Part shown: positions 62,208-64,000 of the stretch, piece by piece | Layout: every line of letters begins with the position of its first letter | Numbering within the stretch: position 1 is the stretch's first letter | From: Hyaloraphidium curvatum SAG 235-1 | Lineage: Eukaryota; Fungi; Monoblepharomycota | Direction: 5' to 3' | DNA length: 64,000 bases | Assembly: GCA_025558095.1 (NCBI GenBank) | Contig: JAIVFI010000007.1 | Coordinates: forward strand, 310,001 to 374,000 | The notes under the pieces: model-generated | The model's input: only the letters and a program-made list of their open reading frames with translations | Database searches by the model: none | What the model was told of the DNA's origin: nothing | Position numbers and translations under genes: made by a program

Positions 62208-63578
62208 TCAATCCCACTGCTGACTTCCTTGCTGAATGAGCTCGAGCAGGTCCTCGTCCGGGATGTCGTCCATGGCGTCCTCGGCTTCATCGTCGGATTC
62301 GTGTTCCGTCGAGCGAAGAAGCGCCGACGGTAGCTTGAGGGACGAGCCGCGGCGCCCGCACTCAAAGTCAAAGCAGCGCCAGTTCAACAGCCCCGTGTGC
62401 AAGTTGACAAAGCAGTACGTCCCGTTGCTCCTGTGCTCGCGACCAATGACGCCGCAGTACCGGTTCCCGTCAACCGCGTACGTGATCGTTGCAGATCCTG
62501 GGAACCACACCACAGACTTTATGCGCCCCTTCCTCCCCGGTCTATCCGCGAGTTGCCGTGCCACCCATGCATCAATGTCGGGGAAGGGCGATCGCACACT
62601 TTCGTACTCTGCCGAGGGCGAGTGGTCGCCGCGGTGAACAGCACGGCTTGTGTCTCTGATGGAGCGGTAATCCAGCAAACGCAGCGAATGGGAAAAGTCG
62701 ACGTGCGATGCCAAGGAATCGAGAAAGAAGCTCGGCTCCTTCTCGTGTCTGACTGGAAACCGATTGTCCTTTGCCAAGGCAAAGAAAGTGGCCTTTCCGA
62801 CCTTGGAGGACCCCACGAGCCTCAGATTGCGATTTCGACTGTAGACGCTCTGGTCCACAAACAACGCCTCTTTGCCCTTCTCATCCACCACCAGCGGCGA
62901 GTACAATGACGCTTCGGCGGCAGGCATCGCGCGAGCTAGAGCTTCCAGGTCCGCGCACACGTCGCGGACCAATTGGCCAACAACGGCATTGTTCCTGAAC
63001 GCAGCGTTTGGCAGGTGAAAAATGAGATGCCTGGAGAACTTTGAAGGGGTCGAGGAGTCGAGAGAAAGAACAGAGTCCTCGCCCGCCACGATCCCAAAGA
63101 CGCTTCGGATCCGGGCCAGGGTGACGGAGACGAGGGATCGCACCATCGCGGGTCCGTCGCGCAAGAAATTGATGTCGAGCGAGAACTCGCAGTCAAAATA
63201 GAGCCGACACGGCGTTGCCTCGCGGATGATCTCGTAGAAGTGTCGCTGCCCATCGGGCATTGCGCGGTAGGCCAGCCAGAAGTCATCCTTGCGGCAGACC
63301 AGGTAACGCCGCTTTCCGGGGTTGCTTCGCTCCTCGAACGCCCAGACCGCGAGTCCCTGGATCCGACGCCCGTCGGCGTAGCGGAATGCGGGCTCCTGCC
63401 TCGAAAACACCTTCCAAATGAAAAGCCCGTCGTCCCGGGTAGCTCGGGCTCGGGCGTTGGCCGCACGCAGCCCGTTGAGTTTGGCTGTCCACCGCGAGGA
63501 GGGGGAAGTTGAACCGCCGTAGAATGAGGATGTAGGAACGGCAGGGACTTCGATGACCGCGTCGTCGTCGGGCTCCAT
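62208..63578 (-). CDS. PRIMPOL: PrimPol (AEP primase-polymerase), intronless
   Basis: HFYEII...CRLYFDCEF (DxE), KFSRHL (SxH), VDQSVYSRNRNLRL, and UL52-like Zn finger RYCGVIGREHRSN...CFDFEC. Confidence 0.9.
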   Translation of the reverse strand: MEPDDDAVIEVPAVPTSSFYGGSTSPSSRWTAKLNGLRAANARARATRDDGLFIWKVFSRQEPAFRYADGRRIQGLAVWAFEERSNPGKRRYLVCRKDDFWLAYRAMPDGQRHFYEIIREATPCRLYFDCEFSLDINFLRDGPAMVRSLVSVTLARIRSVFGIVAGEDSVLSLDSSTPSKFSRHLIFHLPNAAFRNNAVVGQLVRDVCADLEALARAMPAAEASLYSPLVVDEKGKEALFVDQSVYSRNRNLRLVGSSKVGKATFFALAKDNRFPVRHEKEPSFFLDSLASHVDFSHSLRLLDYRSIRDTSRAVHRGDHSPSAEYESVRSPFPDIDAWVARQLADRPGRKGRIKSVVWFPGSATITYAVDGNRYCGVIGREHRSNGTYCFVNLHTGLLNWRCFDFECGRRGSSLKLPSALLRSTEHESDDEAEDAMDDIPDEDLLELIQQGSQQWD

Positions 63579-63685
63579 AATTCACATCGGGCCTCTTATG
63601 GGCTGCCGCGCCGTCCATTCGCGCCCGACGAAACTAGAATTCACGGCGGTTGATTGTGGACGCGACGCCGCCGGGAGTCGATCTT

Positions 63686-64000
63686 CTAAACATCAAACAG
63701 GAGTATCTTCTTCTGCGGCGACTCTCCTCTCGCCAAAACAGGGGCCTCAGGATCATTACCGTCTTTGTCTTTGTTTCGGAAGTCCTTCTCCGTTCGCGAG
63801 TCATCCCGCCCCCGAGATGAGCTAGCGGGATCATGGGACCGTGAATCGTCCCCTCCACCCTTTGCTTTGCTCTGTAGCCGGCGTCCTTGGGAGTCCATGC
63901 TTTCACGGGGATCATAGCCGATCTTACGGATCAGCTTCTCGCTGAAGGCCGCCGTCGGTGCGGAAGCAAAGTCTTCCTGTTTGACATCTGGTGATGTTGG
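63686..64000 (-). CDS. 3' end of an unidentified gene entering from beyond the window
   Basis: Open minus frame from the window edge (SEKLIRKIGYDPRE...KKILLFDV-stop); no recognisable domain. Confidence 0.4.
   Translation of the reverse strand, partial: PTSPDVKQEDFASAPTAAFSEKLIRKIGYDPRESMDSQGRRLQSKAKGGGDDSRSHDPASSSRGRDDSRTEKDFRNKDKDGNDPEAPVLARGESPQKKILLFDV

Overview
This is gene-dense, GC-rich eukaryotic DNA with short (about 50-90 nt) spliceosomal introns and very short intergenic spacers. A Zn2Cys6 factor, an ENA ATPase and a Chs4/Skt5 homolog occur together with coronin-7 and PrimPol, which points to an early-diverging (chytrid-like) fungus (inference). About 34 protein-coding genes can be read, mostly housekeeping. 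The main finding is a ~6.3 kb transposase-less mobile element (about 17841-24137) inserted at a TA in the divergent promoter between a PhyH dioxygenase gene and TRS33. It encodes an unusually large (about 1200-1400 aa), intron-containing Fanzor1-type (TnpB/Cas12-like) RNA-guided RuvC nuclease. Its catalytic D-E-D triad is complete only after splicing. A structured putative omegaRNA follows at the right end, which predicts a guide (TTGGACACCACTCCC...) and a TAM (...CTTA). Secondary findings are a probable catalytically dead phosphoglycerate-dehydrogenase paralog with an intact ACT serine site, an intron-poor cupin/Zn2Cys6/SDR/PhyH mini-cluster, and a perfect 68-bp tandem duplication. All gene models were read by eye, so exon boundaries are approximate.
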